NCBI GenBank assembly: GCA_902795845.1
Contig: CADBMU010000082.1
Location: 1-30,355 of the forward strand
Reading direction: 5' to 3'
Length of the DNA: 30,355 nucleotides
DNA from: an uncultured Erysipelotrichaceae bacterium
GTDB lineage: Bacteria; Bacillota_I; Bacilli_A; RF39; UBA660
The notes beneath the pieces are model-generated. The model was not told the DNA's origin. It worked only from the letters and a program-made list of their open reading frames with translations, and did not search any database. Both the position numbers and the translations under genes were made by a program. Below, in pieces: positions 10,392 to 20,161 of this stretch (positions are counted from its first letter, which is position 1; the number at the start of each line of letters is the position of its first letter).

Positions 10392-11176
10392 AAGTATATG
10401 GTATTAAGTTTAACGATAAAGGAAAAATATATAATTTTAAATCAGAAAGTATTGAATGTCCAATCAATGTGACAGTTATTGTAGAGACAGAAAAAGGCTT
10501 GCAATTTGGTAAAGTTGTTTCTGAAATTCAAAATATTAATAACTATGAAAATTTAAAAGATATTGTAAGAATATCTACAAAAGAAGATTATAAAAAATAT
10601 CTTGATAATTTAAAAGAGGCATCAAAGGCTTTGAAAAAAGCAAAAGAACTTGTCAAAGAGATGGATTTAAAAATGAATATTATTGATGCGAGTTATACTT
10701 TTGATAGAAAACAATTATTATTTAATTTTTATGCTGAAGAAAGAATAGATTTTAGAGAATTAGCTAAAAAATTAGCTTTTGCTTATAGAACTAGAATAGA
10801 ACTTCGTCAAATAGGAGCACGTGATAAAGCGGAAGAAGTTGGTGGAATTGGTGTTTGTGGAAGAGTATTATGTTGTACAAGCTTTCTAAAACAAAAAGAA
10901 TCAGTAACAATGAATATGGCAAAAAATCAAAATATAGCCCTAAATCCATCTAAAATTAATGGACTTTGTGGAAGACTTTTGTGTTGTCTTAGTTATGAGG
11001 ATGAAGAATATACATGTTGTAGAAAAAAATTACCTGAAATAGGTCAAACAGTAAATACCAAATATGGAAAAGGTACTGTTAAAAATTTAGATATTTTAGA
11101 TCAACAATATGATGTAGATGTTAATGGTGAAATACATAAAATCAAAACGGATGATAACAATGAAAGTGATAAATGA
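10388..11176 (+). CDS. yaaT: PSP1-domain protein YaaT/RicT
   Basis: 'RIDFRELAKKLA', 'RIELRQIGARD', 'GVCGRVLCC', 'KINGLCGRLLCCLSYE'. Confidence 0.93.
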   Translation: MKVYGIKFNDKGKIYNFKSESIECPINVTVIVETEKGLQFGKVVSEIQNINNYENLKDIVRISTKEDYKKYLDNLKEASKALKKAKELVKEMDLKMNIIDASYTFDRKQLLFNFYAEERIDFRELAKKLAFAYRTRIELRQIGARDKAEEVGGIGVCGRVLCCTSFLKQKESVTMNMAKNQNIALNPSKINGLCGRLLCCLSYEDEEYTCCRKKLPEIGQTVNTKYGKGTVKNLDILDQQYDVDVNGEIHKIKTDDNNESDK

Positions 11177-11885
11177 TTTATTTGACTATGAAAATTTAAA
11201 AATTGTTCAAGATAATGATTATTTTAAATTTTCAATAGATTCAATATTACTTGGTGAGTATGTTAATTTAAAAAATGATGATAATAAAATTGTCGATTTA
11301 TGCACAGGTAATTTACCAGTTCCGTTAATTCTTAATTATAAATATAAAAATCTTAAAATTGATGCGATTGAAATTCAAAAAGAAATATATGAACTGGGAA
11401 GTGAAACCTTAAAAATAAATAAAATTAATAATATCAACTACATAAATGATGATGTAAATAATATTCTTAATTATTTACAAAAATCAACATATGATGCTGT
11501 TATTTGTAATCCACCATATTTTAAAAATAGTATAAAAAATAACAATTCTATAAAAACTATTGCTCGTCATGAAATAAAAATTACTTTAGAGGATATAATA
11601 AAAATATCTTCAAATTTACTAAAAAATAATAAAACATTTTATATGGTGCATATTCCAAATAGGTTGGATGAGATAATACTATATTGTAATAAATATAATA
11701 TGAATGTTAAAGAGATTTATTTTGTTAATAATACAAATAATGAACCAATATTAGTTTTGATTAAAGCAATAAAAAATTCTAAATTTGGATTGAAAATTAA
11801 ATATTTAAATAATGCAAATATTTTAAAAACATATAAAAATGTATTTGAAGGTGATATAAATGAAATTAATAGTAGGGTTAGGTAA
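11160..11885 (+). CDS. yabB: tRNA1(Val) (adenine37-N6)-methyltransferase, YabB/TrmN6 family
   Basis: 'FSIDSILL', SAM motif 'VDLCTGN', NPPY, 'ARHE'; ATG 11160 preferred (SD GGATGA). Confidence 0.88.
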   Translation: MKVINDLFDYENLKIVQDNDYFKFSIDSILLGEYVNLKNDDNKIVDLCTGNLPVPLILNYKYKNLKIDAIEIQKEIYELGSETLKINKINNINYINDDVNNILNYLQKSTYDAVICNPPYFKNSIKNNNSIKTIARHEIKITLEDIIKISSNLLKNNKTFYMVHIPNRLDEIILYCNKYNMNVKEIYFVNNTNNEPILVLIKAIKNSKFGLKIKYLNNANILKTYKNVFEGDINEINSRVR

Positions 11886-12402
11886 TCCTGGTAATGAATA
11901 TGAAAATACAAGACATAATATTGGATTTATGGTTTTAAATAGTCTTTTACAACAAGAAAATTGGAAAGCTAAATTTGATAGTTTATATGTAAAAATTGAT
12001 GATGTAATTTATTTAAAACCTCAGACTTACATGAATAATTCAGGTTTTGCAGTAAAAAAAGTTGTTGATTTTTATAAAATAAAACCAGAAGATATTTTAG
12101 TTATTCAAGATGATCTTGATTTACCTTTTTCTAATTTTAAACTAAAAAAGAATTCTTCTTCTGGAGGACATAATGGTATTAAATCAATAATTGAACTGTT
12201 AAATAATAATAGTTTTTGTAGATTAAAGATTGGAATAGCACATGATAGAAGTATTGATACCAAAAATTATGTTTTAGCCAAATTTAGTTATCAAAATATT
12301 TTAGAAATAAATAATAAAATGTCTTTATATCATGAGATAATTAATTATTTTATTGATAATGGCGCTGATAAAACTATTAGTAAATATAACTCAATGAGGT
12401 AA
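11860..12402 (+). CDS. pth: peptidyl-tRNA hydrolase
   Basis: 'LIVGLGNPG', 'TRHNIGF', 'KPQTYMNNSG', 'GGHNGIKSI'. Confidence 0.97.
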   Translation: MKLIVGLGNPGNEYENTRHNIGFMVLNSLLQQENWKAKFDSLYVKIDDVIYLKPQTYMNNSGFAVKKVVDFYKIKPEDILVIQDDLDLPFSNFKLKKNSSSGGHNGIKSIIELLNNNSFCRLKIGIAHDRSIDTKNYVLAKFSYQNILEINNKMSLYHEIINYFIDNGADKTISKYNSMR

Positions 12403-12405
12403 AAA

Positions 12406-15400
12406 ATGGATATTTTTAATGATTTTAAATACGATAATAATATTATAATACAGGGTTTAACAAAAGAGTTAAACACTTTTTACGTGCAAAATTTATATAA
12501 TAATACTCAAAAAAATATTTTGATTGTAACAAGTACCCTTTTTGAAGCCAACCAAATTTTTAAAAATTTAAAAACATATCTAGATAATGTTTATTTATTT
12601 CCAATGGATGATTTTTTAACCAGTGTTGCACTTGCAGTTTCACCTGAATTTAAAGTAAAAAGACTTGAAACATTAGATAAAATAAAAGAAAATAAAAGCA
12701 TTGTAATAACAAATTTAACTGGATACTTAAGATATTTACCAGATATAAATGTAAAAGATAAACTTAATTTAGAAATAACTAAATCAACTAAGATTAATAG
12801 AGAAAAGTTAGAGGAAATCTTAGATAAATATGGATATAATAAAGAAACTTTAGTAACTACTACTGGAGAATATGCCGTAAGAGGATATGTTATAGATATA
12901 TTTTTAATAAACGAAGAACATCCGATTAGAATTGAATTTTTTGGATCAAATATAGACTCAATACGATATTTTAATGAATCTACACAATTATCAATAAAAC
13001 AATTAGATAGCATTAATATTACTCCAAATAAAGAAGTAATTACTTCAAAAAATAGCAGTATTTATGACTATTTAAAAGAACCTATTACAATTTTTTATAA
13101 TAAAAGTCAAATAGAAAATAGTTATAAAAAAATGTTAGAAGATATTATAAATTATAATAAAGAAATTAATTCAAATGAAAAATATATGTTTGATTTTGAA
13201 GAAATAAATCCTGATTATCAAATTTTTATAAATACCTTTGAAAATGAAAATAGCAAAAATGCATTAACTTTTACAAGTAAAGAAATTGAAAATTTTAATT
13301 CTAATTATGACAAATTAAAAGATTTTGTTAATAGTAAGATTATTAAGAAAAAAACAGTTATTTTTTGCTTATCTAAAGATTCACAAATTAAAATAATTAA
13401 GGAATTGTTTCCAGATGCTGTTATAACTAAAAATATTATTAATAACAGTATAAATATTATAAATAATCAAATTAATAATGGATTTGAATACAAAGATTGT
13501 GTAGTAATTGGTGAATTCGATATAGAAAAAGTTCATAGTACTTCTATAAAATATAAAAATAATTATCATATTGGAAAGAAAATAAAAGATATTGATTCCT
13601 TATCATTAGGGGATTATGTAGTTCATAGACAACACGGAATAGGAATTTATAATGGGATAATTACTTTAAATACTAGTGGTATAAAAAAAGATTATCTTCA
13701 AATTAACTATAAAGATACTGATAAAGTTTATATACCAGTAGAAAAAATATCATCTATTTATAAGTACAGTGATAAAGATGGTACAAAGCCTAAGATTAAT
13801 AAATTAAATTCTACTTCATGGGCAAAGACAAAACAAACTTTACAGAAAAAAATTAAAGATATTTCGGAAGAACTTATTAAATTATATTCTATTAGAAATA
13901 GTATAAAGGGAGAAGCTTATGTTCCAAATGAACTTGAAAGTCAATTTGATAGCGAATTTGAATATGAATTAACTAGAGATCAAGAAAAAGTAATAAATGA
14001 AATTTATAGAGATTTAGATAGTGTTGTTCCTATGGATCGACTTTTATGTGGAGATGTAGGTTTTGGTAAAACAGAAGTAGCATTTAGAGCAATTTTTAGA
14101 ACTGTTTTAAATAATAAACAAGTTTGTTATTTATGTCCTACCACAATATTATCTAAGCAACAATATGAATCTGCTTTAAATAGATTCAAAAATTATCCTG
14201 TTGAAATAGCATTATTAAATAGATTTACTACTCCTAAAGAAGTAAAACGAATAAAAGAAGGATTAAAAACTGGTGTTATTGATATCGTATTTGGAACACA
14301 TAGATTACTTAGTGATGATATTGAATACAAAAAATTAGGACTTTTAATAGTTGATGAAGAACAACGTTTTGGTGTTACTCATAAAGAAAAAATTAAAAAA
14401 TATAAAAATGATGTTAATGTATTAACATTATCTGCAACTCCAATACCAAGAACATTAAAAATGGCTATGTCAGGACTAAGAGATTTATCAGTTATAGATA
14501 CACCACCTGTTAATAGATATCCAGTTCAAACCTATGTTTTACAAGAAAATGATGTAATAATAAGAGATGCTATTTATAAAGAATTAAGCCGAAATGGTCA
14601 AGTATTTATTCTATATAATAAAGTTGAAACAATTGAAAATGAAGTTGAAAAAATAAAAAAATTAGTACCAGAAGCTCGTATAAAATATGCTCATGGGCAA
14701 ATGAGTAAAACTGAGCTTGATGATATAATGACTGAATTTACTGAATATGAATTTGATATATTAGTTTGTACAACAATTATTGAAACTGGTATAGATATTC
14801 AAAATGCAAATACTTTAATCATTATTGATGCTGATTATTTTGGACTTGCTCAGTTATATCAAATAAGAGGAAGAGTTGGAAGAAGTGACAAAATAGCTTA
14901 TGCATATTTGTTATATAATAAATCGAAAGTTCTGAATGAAACTTCTGTAAAAAGATTACAAGCAATTAAAGAATTTACTGAATTAGGTAGTGGTTATCGT
15001 ATTGCAATGAGAGATTTATCCATAAGAGGAGCCGGAGATATTATAGGTAGTGAACAAGCTGGATTTGTGGATACAGTAGGAATTTCCTTATATATGAAGA
15101 TGGTAGAAGAAGAAATAAAAAGATTAAACGGTGAAAAAGTAGAAGAAGAGGATGACAAACCAGCATTGGTTAATGTTGAAACTGCAATTGATGATAATTA
15201 CGTTAAAGATGAAGAATTAAAAATAGAAATACATCAAAAAATTAATGAAATTGATAGTTATGAAAAATTACTTGATACTAAAAAAGAACTTGAAGATAGA
15301 TTTGGTAAAGTAAGTAATGAATTGGAAGTTTATATGTATGAAGAATGGTTTGAAAAAATTTCAGAAGATTTAAAAATTACTAAGGTAACTCAAAACGAAA

Positions 15401-15612
15401 GATTTGTTGAAATAGAATTACCAAAAGAAATATCTTCTCAAACTAAAGGAGATAAATTATTCCTAGAATCTTATAATATAAATCCTAATTTTAAATTTAG
15501 ATATTTTAATAAACGTATTATTATATCTTTACCACTTAAAGGCTTAGAAAAGCACTTTTTATACTACTTTGTTCCTTTATTAAATATCATAAAAAATGAT
15601 TTACAGTTATAG
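12406..15612 (+). CDS. mfd: transcription-repair coupling factor
   Basis: CarD-like RID 'GDYVVHRQHGIG', 'MDRLLCGDVGFGKTEVA', 'VDEEQRFGV', 'QIRGRVGRS', 'RDLSIRGAG'. Confidence 0.97.
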   Translation: MDIFNDFKYDNNIIIQGLTKELNTFYVQNLYNNTQKNILIVTSTLFEANQIFKNLKTYLDNVYLFPMDDFLTSVALAVSPEFKVKRLETLDKIKENKSIVITNLTGYLRYLPDINVKDKLNLEITKSTKINREKLEEILDKYGYNKETLVTTTGEYAVRGYVIDIFLINEEHPIRIEFFGSNIDSIRYFNESTQLSIKQLDSINITPNKEVITSKNSSIYDYLKEPITIFYNKSQIENSYKKMLEDIINYNKEINSNEKYMFDFEEINPDYQIFINTFENENSKNALTFTSKEIENFNSNYDKLKDFVNSKIIKKKTVIFCLSKDSQIKIIKELFPDAVITKNIINNSINIINNQINNGFEYKDCVVIGEFDIEKVHSTSIKYKNNYHIGKKIKDIDSLSLGDYVVHRQHGIGIYNGIITLNTSGIKKDYLQINYKDTDKVYIPVEKISSIYKYSDKDGTKPKINKLNSTSWAKTKQTLQKKIKDISEELIKLYSIRNSIKGEAYVPNELESQFDSEFEYELTRDQEKVINEIYRDLDSVVPMDRLLCGDVGFGKTEVAFRAIFRTVLNNKQVCYLCPTTILSKQQYESALNRFKNYPVEIALLNRFTTPKEVKRIKEGLKTGVIDIVFGTHRLLSDDIEYKKLGLLIVDEEQRFGVTHKEKIKKYKNDVNVLTLSATPIPRTLKMAMSGLRDLSVIDTPPVNRYPVQTYVLQENDVIIRDAIYKELSRNGQVFILYNKVETIENEVEKIKKLVPEARIKYAHGQMSKTELDDIMTEFTEYEFDILVCTTIIETGIDIQNANTLIIIDADYFGLAQLYQIRGRVGRSDKIAYAYLLYNKSKVLNETSVKRLQAIKEFTELGSGYRIAMRDLSIRGAGDIIGSEQAGFVDTVGISLYMKMVEEEIKRLNGEKVEEEDDKPALVNVETAIDDNYVKDEELKIEIHQKINEIDSYEKLLDTKKELEDRFGKVSNELEVYMYEEWFEKISEDLKITKVTQNERFVEIELPKEISSQTKGDKLFLESYNINPNFKFRYFNKRIIISLPLKGLEKHFLYYFVPLLNIIKNDLQL

Positions 15613-15660
15613 AAAATAATATCCTGTGTACAATAATACTATGAATGGAGGAAACTCTAA

Positions 15661-16146
15661 ATGAAGTCCACAGGAGTAATAAGAAGAATTGATGAATTAG
15701 GAAGAATCGTAATACCTAAAGAAATAAGAAAAAATTTAGGTATTAGAGAAGGCGATAATTTAGAAATATTAATAGAAAATGATAAATTAACTCTTCAAAA
15801 ATTTTCAAAAATAACTAATTATCAGGAAGATATTGAAAATATTATATATAATATAGCGAGATCTTTTAATATAAAAATAAATTTTTATGATCGAGAAAAA
15901 CTTATATATGCTACTGATAATTATTTTAAAAATATAAATGTTCAAAAAATTATAAATGATATAATTAATAATCGAAAAGAAGAAACTATTGAATTAGAAA
16001 ACCATAAACTTTTTTGTAAACCAATTATTATACTTTCTGATGTAACTGGAATTTTAGTTTTTGAAGTTAATAATAACATGAATGAAATTAATAAAATTGC
16101 TAATTTTTTAACAAATGTAATAACAAATAAAATAGATATTTCTTGA
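15661..16146 (+). CDS. spoVT: stage V sporulation protein T (AbrB-like N-domain plus GAF-like C-domain)
   Basis: 'TGVIRRIDELGRIVIPKEIR..LGIREGD'; 161 aa with a C-terminal extension ('DRE', 'KPII..SDVTG'); directly after mfd as in B. subtilis. Confidence 0.8.
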   Translation: MKSTGVIRRIDELGRIVIPKEIRKNLGIREGDNLEILIENDKLTLQKFSKITNYQEDIENIIYNIARSFNIKINFYDREKLIYATDNYFKNINVQKIINDIINNRKEETIELENHKLFCKPIIILSDVTGILVFEVNNNMNEINKIANFLTNVITNKIDIS

Positions 16147-16171
16147 AATAAATATTAATACATGTTACAAT
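16143..16171 (+). promoter_or_regulatory. sigma-A promoter of the metG leader
   Basis: TTGAAA (16143-16148), 17 bp, TGtTACAAT (-10 at 16166-16171). Confidence 0.8.
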
Positions 16172-16177
16172 ACCTTT

Positions 16178-16375
16178 GAATTTAGCAATGAAGGAAAGAG
16201 TAGATAACGTAGTTTTGTAGAGAGTTAATGGTTGGTGAAAATTAACAAATGAAATTATTGAACATGGTTCTGGAGTTAAAACGTTTAATTCGCGTTAAGA
16301 ATAAAGTGTATGAATAATTCATAAACTAAGGTGGTACCGCGGAAAATTTCCGTCCTTAGATTTATGAATTTTTTT
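16178..16375 (+). ncRNA. T-box riboswitch, Met (AUG) specifier
   Basis: Stem I elements GGAAAGAGTAG, AGAGAG and GGTTGGTGAAA; specifier GAAC-ATG-G (ATG at 16264-16266); T-box AAGGTGGTACCGCG (16328-16341); terminator arms 16316-16331 and 16354-16370 plus T run; upstream of metG. Confidence 0.93.
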
Positions 16376-16394
16376 ATTAGAAAGAAGGAATATT

Positions 16395-17933
16395 ATGGAA
16401 AGTAAAGGAAAATATTATATAAGTACAGCTATAGCTTATACATCTGGTAAACCACATATTGGAAATACATATGAAATTGTATTAGCTGATGCAATTGCAA
16501 GATTTAAAAGATTACAAGGATATGATGTTTATTTTCAAACTGGTACTGATGAACATGGTGAAAAAATAGAATTAAAAGCTAAAGAAAAAGGTATTGAACC
16601 AAAACAATTTGTTGATGAAGTTTCTACAGAAATTAAAAGAATTTGGGATATAATGAATACAAGTTATGATAAATTTGTAAGAACTACTGATACAAATCAT
16701 GAAAAAGTTGTTCAACATATATTTAAAATAATGTATGAACAAGGAGATATTTATAAAAGTGAATATAAAGGATTATATTGTACTCCTTGTGAATCTTTTT
16801 GGACAGAATCTCAATTAGTAGATGGAAAATGTCCTGATTGTGGAAGAAATGTAGAAACTAAAAGTGAAGAAGCATATTTCTTTAAATTATCTAAATATCA
16901 AAAAAGATTAGAAGATTATATAGAATCTCATCCAGATTTCATCCAACCAGTGGCTAGAAAAAATGAAATGTTAAATAATTTTATTAAACCTGGTCTTCAA
17001 GATTTATGTGTTTCAAGAACATCATTTAAATGGGGTATACCTGTAGATTTTGATTCAAAACACGTAGTATATGTATGGCTTGATGCTTTAACAAATTACA
17101 TTACTAATATTGGTTATGATGTTGATAATGAATCAGAAGAATTTAAAACAAAATGGCCAGCTGATTTGCATTTAATAGGAAAAGATATAATAAGATTTCA
17201 TACTATTTATTGGCCATGTTTTCTAATGAGTTTAGGTCTAGAGATGCCTAAACAAGTTTTTGGTCATCCTTGGTTAATTATGGCTGATGGAAAAATGAGC
17301 AAATCAAAAGGTAATGTAGTATATGCTGATGATTTAGTAGAAGAATTTGGTGTTGATGCTGTAAGATATTATTTCTTACATGAAATTCCATTTGCATCTG
17401 ATGGGGTATTTACTAAAGATTTATTAATTGAAAGAATTAATGGTGATTTAGTTAATATTTTAGGAAATTTAATAAATAGAACAGTAAGTATGAACTTTAA
17501 ATATTTTGATGGTGTAATAGAAAATCCAAATATTGAAGAAGAATTAGATAAAGACTTAAAAAATAATGTTCTTTCATTAAAATCTAAAGTAGAAAATAGA
17601 ATGAATGAATTAAAAGTTGGTGAAGCAATTGAAGAAATCTTCGAAGTTCTAAGAAAATGTAATAAGTATATTGATGAAACAATGCCATGGAGTTTAGCAA
17701 AAGACGAAGATAAAAAGGATAGATTAAAAACAGTTTTATACAATTTATTAGAAAGTATTCGTATTTGTGCAGTATTATTACAACCATTTATGCCTGAAAC
17801 AAGTGAAAAAATATTTAAACAATTGAATACATCTATTTCAGATTATGATTCAATAAATGAATTTGGTGCTTTAGAACAAGGAAAAACTTTAAATGAACCT
17901 ACTCATTTATTTGATAGAATCGATACAAAATAA
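16395..17933 (+). CDS. metG: methionine--tRNA ligase (short MetG1 type, no C-terminal tRNA-binding domain)
   Basis: HIGN, CTPC/CPDC knuckle, 'YVWLDAL', 'GKDIIRFH', KMSKS. Confidence 0.97.
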   Translation: MESKGKYYISTAIAYTSGKPHIGNTYEIVLADAIARFKRLQGYDVYFQTGTDEHGEKIELKAKEKGIEPKQFVDEVSTEIKRIWDIMNTSYDKFVRTTDTNHEKVVQHIFKIMYEQGDIYKSEYKGLYCTPCESFWTESQLVDGKCPDCGRNVETKSEEAYFFKLSKYQKRLEDYIESHPDFIQPVARKNEMLNNFIKPGLQDLCVSRTSFKWGIPVDFDSKHVVYVWLDALTNYITNIGYDVDNESEEFKTKWPADLHLIGKDIIRFHTIYWPCFLMSLGLEMPKQVFGHPWLIMADGKMSKSKGNVVYADDLVEEFGVDAVRYYFLHEIPFASDGVFTKDLLIERINGDLVNILGNLINRTVSMNFKYFDGVIENPNIEEELDKDLKNNVLSLKSKVENRMNELKVGEAIEEIFEVLRKCNKYIDETMPWSLAKDEDKKDRLKTVLYNLLESIRICAVLLQPFMPETSEKIFKQLNTSISDYDSINEFGALEQGKTLNEPTHLFDRIDTK

Positions 17934-17934
17934 A

Positions 17935-17950
17935 TATTTCCCAGGAAATA
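17935..17950. promoter_or_regulatory. Noc-binding site variant, also terminator-like hairpin
   Basis: TATTTCCCAGGAAATA (one mismatch to the NBS), extended AAA/TTT (17932-17953), followed by a T run. Confidence 0.65.
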
Positions 17951-17956
17951 TTTTTT

Positions 17957-17965
17957 TGTTATAAT
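17957..17965 (+). promoter_or_regulatory. extended -10 promoter of tatD
   Basis: TGtTATAAT just upstream of SD GAGGTGA. Confidence 0.5.
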
Positions 17966-17981
17966 TTAAGAGGTGATTATA

Positions 17982-18728
17982 ATGTTTACAGATACACATT
18001 GTCATATTTATAAAGAATATTATGATAATATTCAAGACATAATTAATGAAAGTAAAACTAATGGTGTAAATAGATGGATTAATGCTGGATGTAATATGAA
18101 ATCTAATGAAGAAGTAATAAATTTATTGGAATTTCCAAATATGTATGGAGTAATTGGAATTCATCCTGAAGATGTTTTAAATTATTGTGATAAAGATATA
18201 GAGTTTATTGAAAAAAATATAAATAAAGCAAAAATTCTTGGAATTGGCGAAATTGGACTTGATTATTACTACACTAAAGAAAATAAAAAAGAACAAATAG
18301 AATTATTTAATAAGCAACTGGCTATTGCTGAAAAATACAATAAGCCAGTAGTTATTCATAGTAGAGAAGCTACTCTAGATACTATAGATAATTTAAAAAA
18401 ATACAAATTAAAAGGAGTAATTCATTCTTTTAATGGCAGTTTAGAAACAGCTAAAATATATATTAAAATGGGATTTTTATTAGGGGTTAATGGTGTTATA
18501 ACTTTTAAAAATTGTAATATTAAAGATATTATCAAAGAAGTAGGACTTGAAAATATAATTTTAGAAACTGATAGTCCTTATTTAACACCTCATCCATATA
18601 GAGGAAAACAAAATTCTCCAAAACATATTATAGATATTGCTAATTTTGTAGCAGATTTGTATAACGTGTCTTTAAAAGAATTAGAAAATATTACCAATAA
18701 TAATATTAAGCGTATTTTTGACATTTAA
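17982..18728 (+). CDS. tatD: TatD family hydrolase (YabD)
   Basis: 'DTHCH', 'GIHP', 'GEIGLDY', 'IHSRE', 'HSF', 'LETDSPY'; follows metG. Confidence 0.95.
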   Translation: MFTDTHCHIYKEYYDNIQDIINESKTNGVNRWINAGCNMKSNEEVINLLEFPNMYGVIGIHPEDVLNYCDKDIEFIEKNINKAKILGIGEIGLDYYYTKENKKEQIELFNKQLAIAEKYNKPVVIHSREATLDTIDNLKKYKLKGVIHSFNGSLETAKIYIKMGFLLGVNGVITFKNCNIKDIIKEVGLENIILETDSPYLTPHPYRGKQNSPKHIIDIANFVADLYNVSLKELENITNNNIKRIFDI

Positions 18729-18746
18729 ATATACATGTGTTAAAAT
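18718..18746 (+). promoter_or_regulatory. strong sigma-A promoter of the 3D-domain gene
   Basis: TTGACA (18718-18723), 17 bp, TGtTAAAAT (-10 at 18741-18746). Confidence 0.8.
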
Positions 18747-18773
18747 ATTTTTACTATATAAAGAGGTGATAAG

Positions 18774-19313
18774 ATGAATAGTAAATTGCTTAAAAAAGCT
18801 TTTAAAATAATTCGTCTTTCTATAATAGTTGTTGTTTTATTAATAGCAGAAACATCTTCAAAAAAGTATGAAAATAAAATAGAAAGTGTTAATGAAAATA
18901 GAACTATTAATTTGACAACAATGGCACTTAAATTAGAAGAAGAAATATCAAATGATTTATATGCTACAAAAGATACATATACTGGAGATTTAACAGGTTA
19001 TACAGCTGATTGTCCATTATGTTCTGGAAGACTTGCTTGTACTCCAAACTATAATGTATTAAATGGAACAGAAACATATCCAGATGCTTCTTATGGAAAT
19101 GTAAGAATTGTTGCTTCAAGTAAAAACTTACCTTGTGGAACAGTAATTAGATTTAATAAAGCCAATGTTTCTAATAATCCAATTATAGCAATTGTACTTG
19201 ACCGTGGTGTCATTGGTAATGATATAGATTTATTATCTAATAGTAATGATTATGCAGTTAAAACAATTGGAAGATCTTCTATAAGTTATGATATACTAAG
19301 AACTGGGTGGTAA
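18774..19313 (+). CDS. membrane-anchored 3D-domain (MltA-like) cell-wall protein at the yabE position
   Basis: N-terminal basic plus hydrophobic segment; 'TGYTADCPLCSG', 'LPCGTVI', 'VLDRG', 'DIDLL'; lies between tatD and rsmA. Confidence 0.7.
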   Translation: MNSKLLKKAFKIIRLSIIVVVLLIAETSSKKYENKIESVNENRTINLTTMALKLEEEISNDLYATKDTYTGDLTGYTADCPLCSGRLACTPNYNVLNGTETYPDASYGNVRIVASSKNLPCGTVIRFNKANVSNNPIIAIVLDRGVIGNDIDLLSNSNDYAVKTIGRSSISYDILRTGW

Positions 19314-19326
19314 ACCTAGTTCTTTT
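19299..19326 (+). terminator. intrinsic terminator after the 3D-domain gene
   Basis: AGAACTGGGT pairs with ACCTAGTTCT (one G-U pair), then TTT. Confidence 0.6.
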
Positions 19327-19342
19327 AAAGAGGTGAATATAT

Positions 19343-20125
19343 ATGAAAGAATTACAAGCAAAAAAAAGTCTTGGTCAAAATTTTTTGAAAGACGAAAATG
19401 TTTTAAATAAAATAGCTAATTCTATTGATACTGATAATGATTTAATTATTGAAATTGGGCCAGGAATGGGTGCTTTAACAAAAAAATTAAAAAACAAGAA
19501 TTCATATTTGATTGCATATGAAATTGATGAAAGAACAAAAGAATATTTACTTCCTTTAGAGGATGAAAAAACTAAAATAATTTATAAAGATTTTTTAAAA
19601 ACTGATATTAAAGAAGATATAAAAAATTTAAACTTTAAATATAACAATATTTATATAATTGCAAATATACCATACTATATAACAACACCAATTATTGAAC
19701 ATATCATTGATGAAAAAATAGATGTAAAAGCAATGTCATTACTTGTTCAAAATGAAGTAGCAAATAGATTTAGTGCTAAAAGTAAAACTAAAGACTATGG
19801 AGCTATCACAGTATATTTAAATAATTATTTTGATATTGAAAAATTATTTGTTGTTAAAAATACCTGTTTTAATCCAGTACCAAAAGTTGATAGCGCTGTT
19901 GTTAAATTTACAAGAAAAGATACAGTTTTAGAAGATAAAGAATTTTATAAATTTTTAAATACATGTTTTGCTCAAAAAAGAAAAACTTTAAAAAATAATT
20001 TAAAAAAATATGATTGGAATCGCGTTAAAACTATCTTAAATAAATACAATATTTTAGAAAATTGTCGTGCCGAAGAGCTAGATTTAGAAATATTTAAAGA
20101 TTTATATAAAGAATTAGGTAAATAA
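19343..20125 (+). CDS. rsmA: 16S rRNA m6(2)A dimethyltransferase RsmA/KsgA
   Basis: 'KKSLGQNFL', 'IEIGPGMGALT', 'ANIPYYITTPI', 'FNPVPKVDSAVV', 'QKRKTLKNNL'. Confidence 0.97.
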   Translation: MKELQAKKSLGQNFLKDENVLNKIANSIDTDNDLIIEIGPGMGALTKKLKNKNSYLIAYEIDERTKEYLLPLEDEKTKIIYKDFLKTDIKEDIKNLNFKYNNIYIIANIPYYITTPIIEHIIDEKIDVKAMSLLVQNEVANRFSAKSKTKDYGAITVYLNNYFDIEKLFVVKNTCFNPVPKVDSAVVKFTRKDTVLEDKEFYKFLNTCFAQKRKTLKNNLKKYDWNRVKTILNKYNILENCRAEELDLEIFKDLYKELGK

Positions 20126-20161
20126 TTGACCTTTTAGGCATATAATATAGTGGTGATATAA

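Noticed and set aside
15612-15641. sigma-G promoter for spoVT (GAAAA-18-AATACTA)
   Set aside because: Both elements have mismatches; too weak to call in such AT-rich DNA.
15661-16146. Calling this gene abrB
   Set aside because: It is too long, has IPKEIR/IREGD and a GAF-like C-terminus, and follows mfd; all of this points to SpoVT.
18645-18662. WalR-box-like TGTAGC-N5-TGTATA upstream of the 3D-domain gene
   Set aside because: Both half-sites mismatch the TGTWAH consensus and the site lies within tatD coding sequence.
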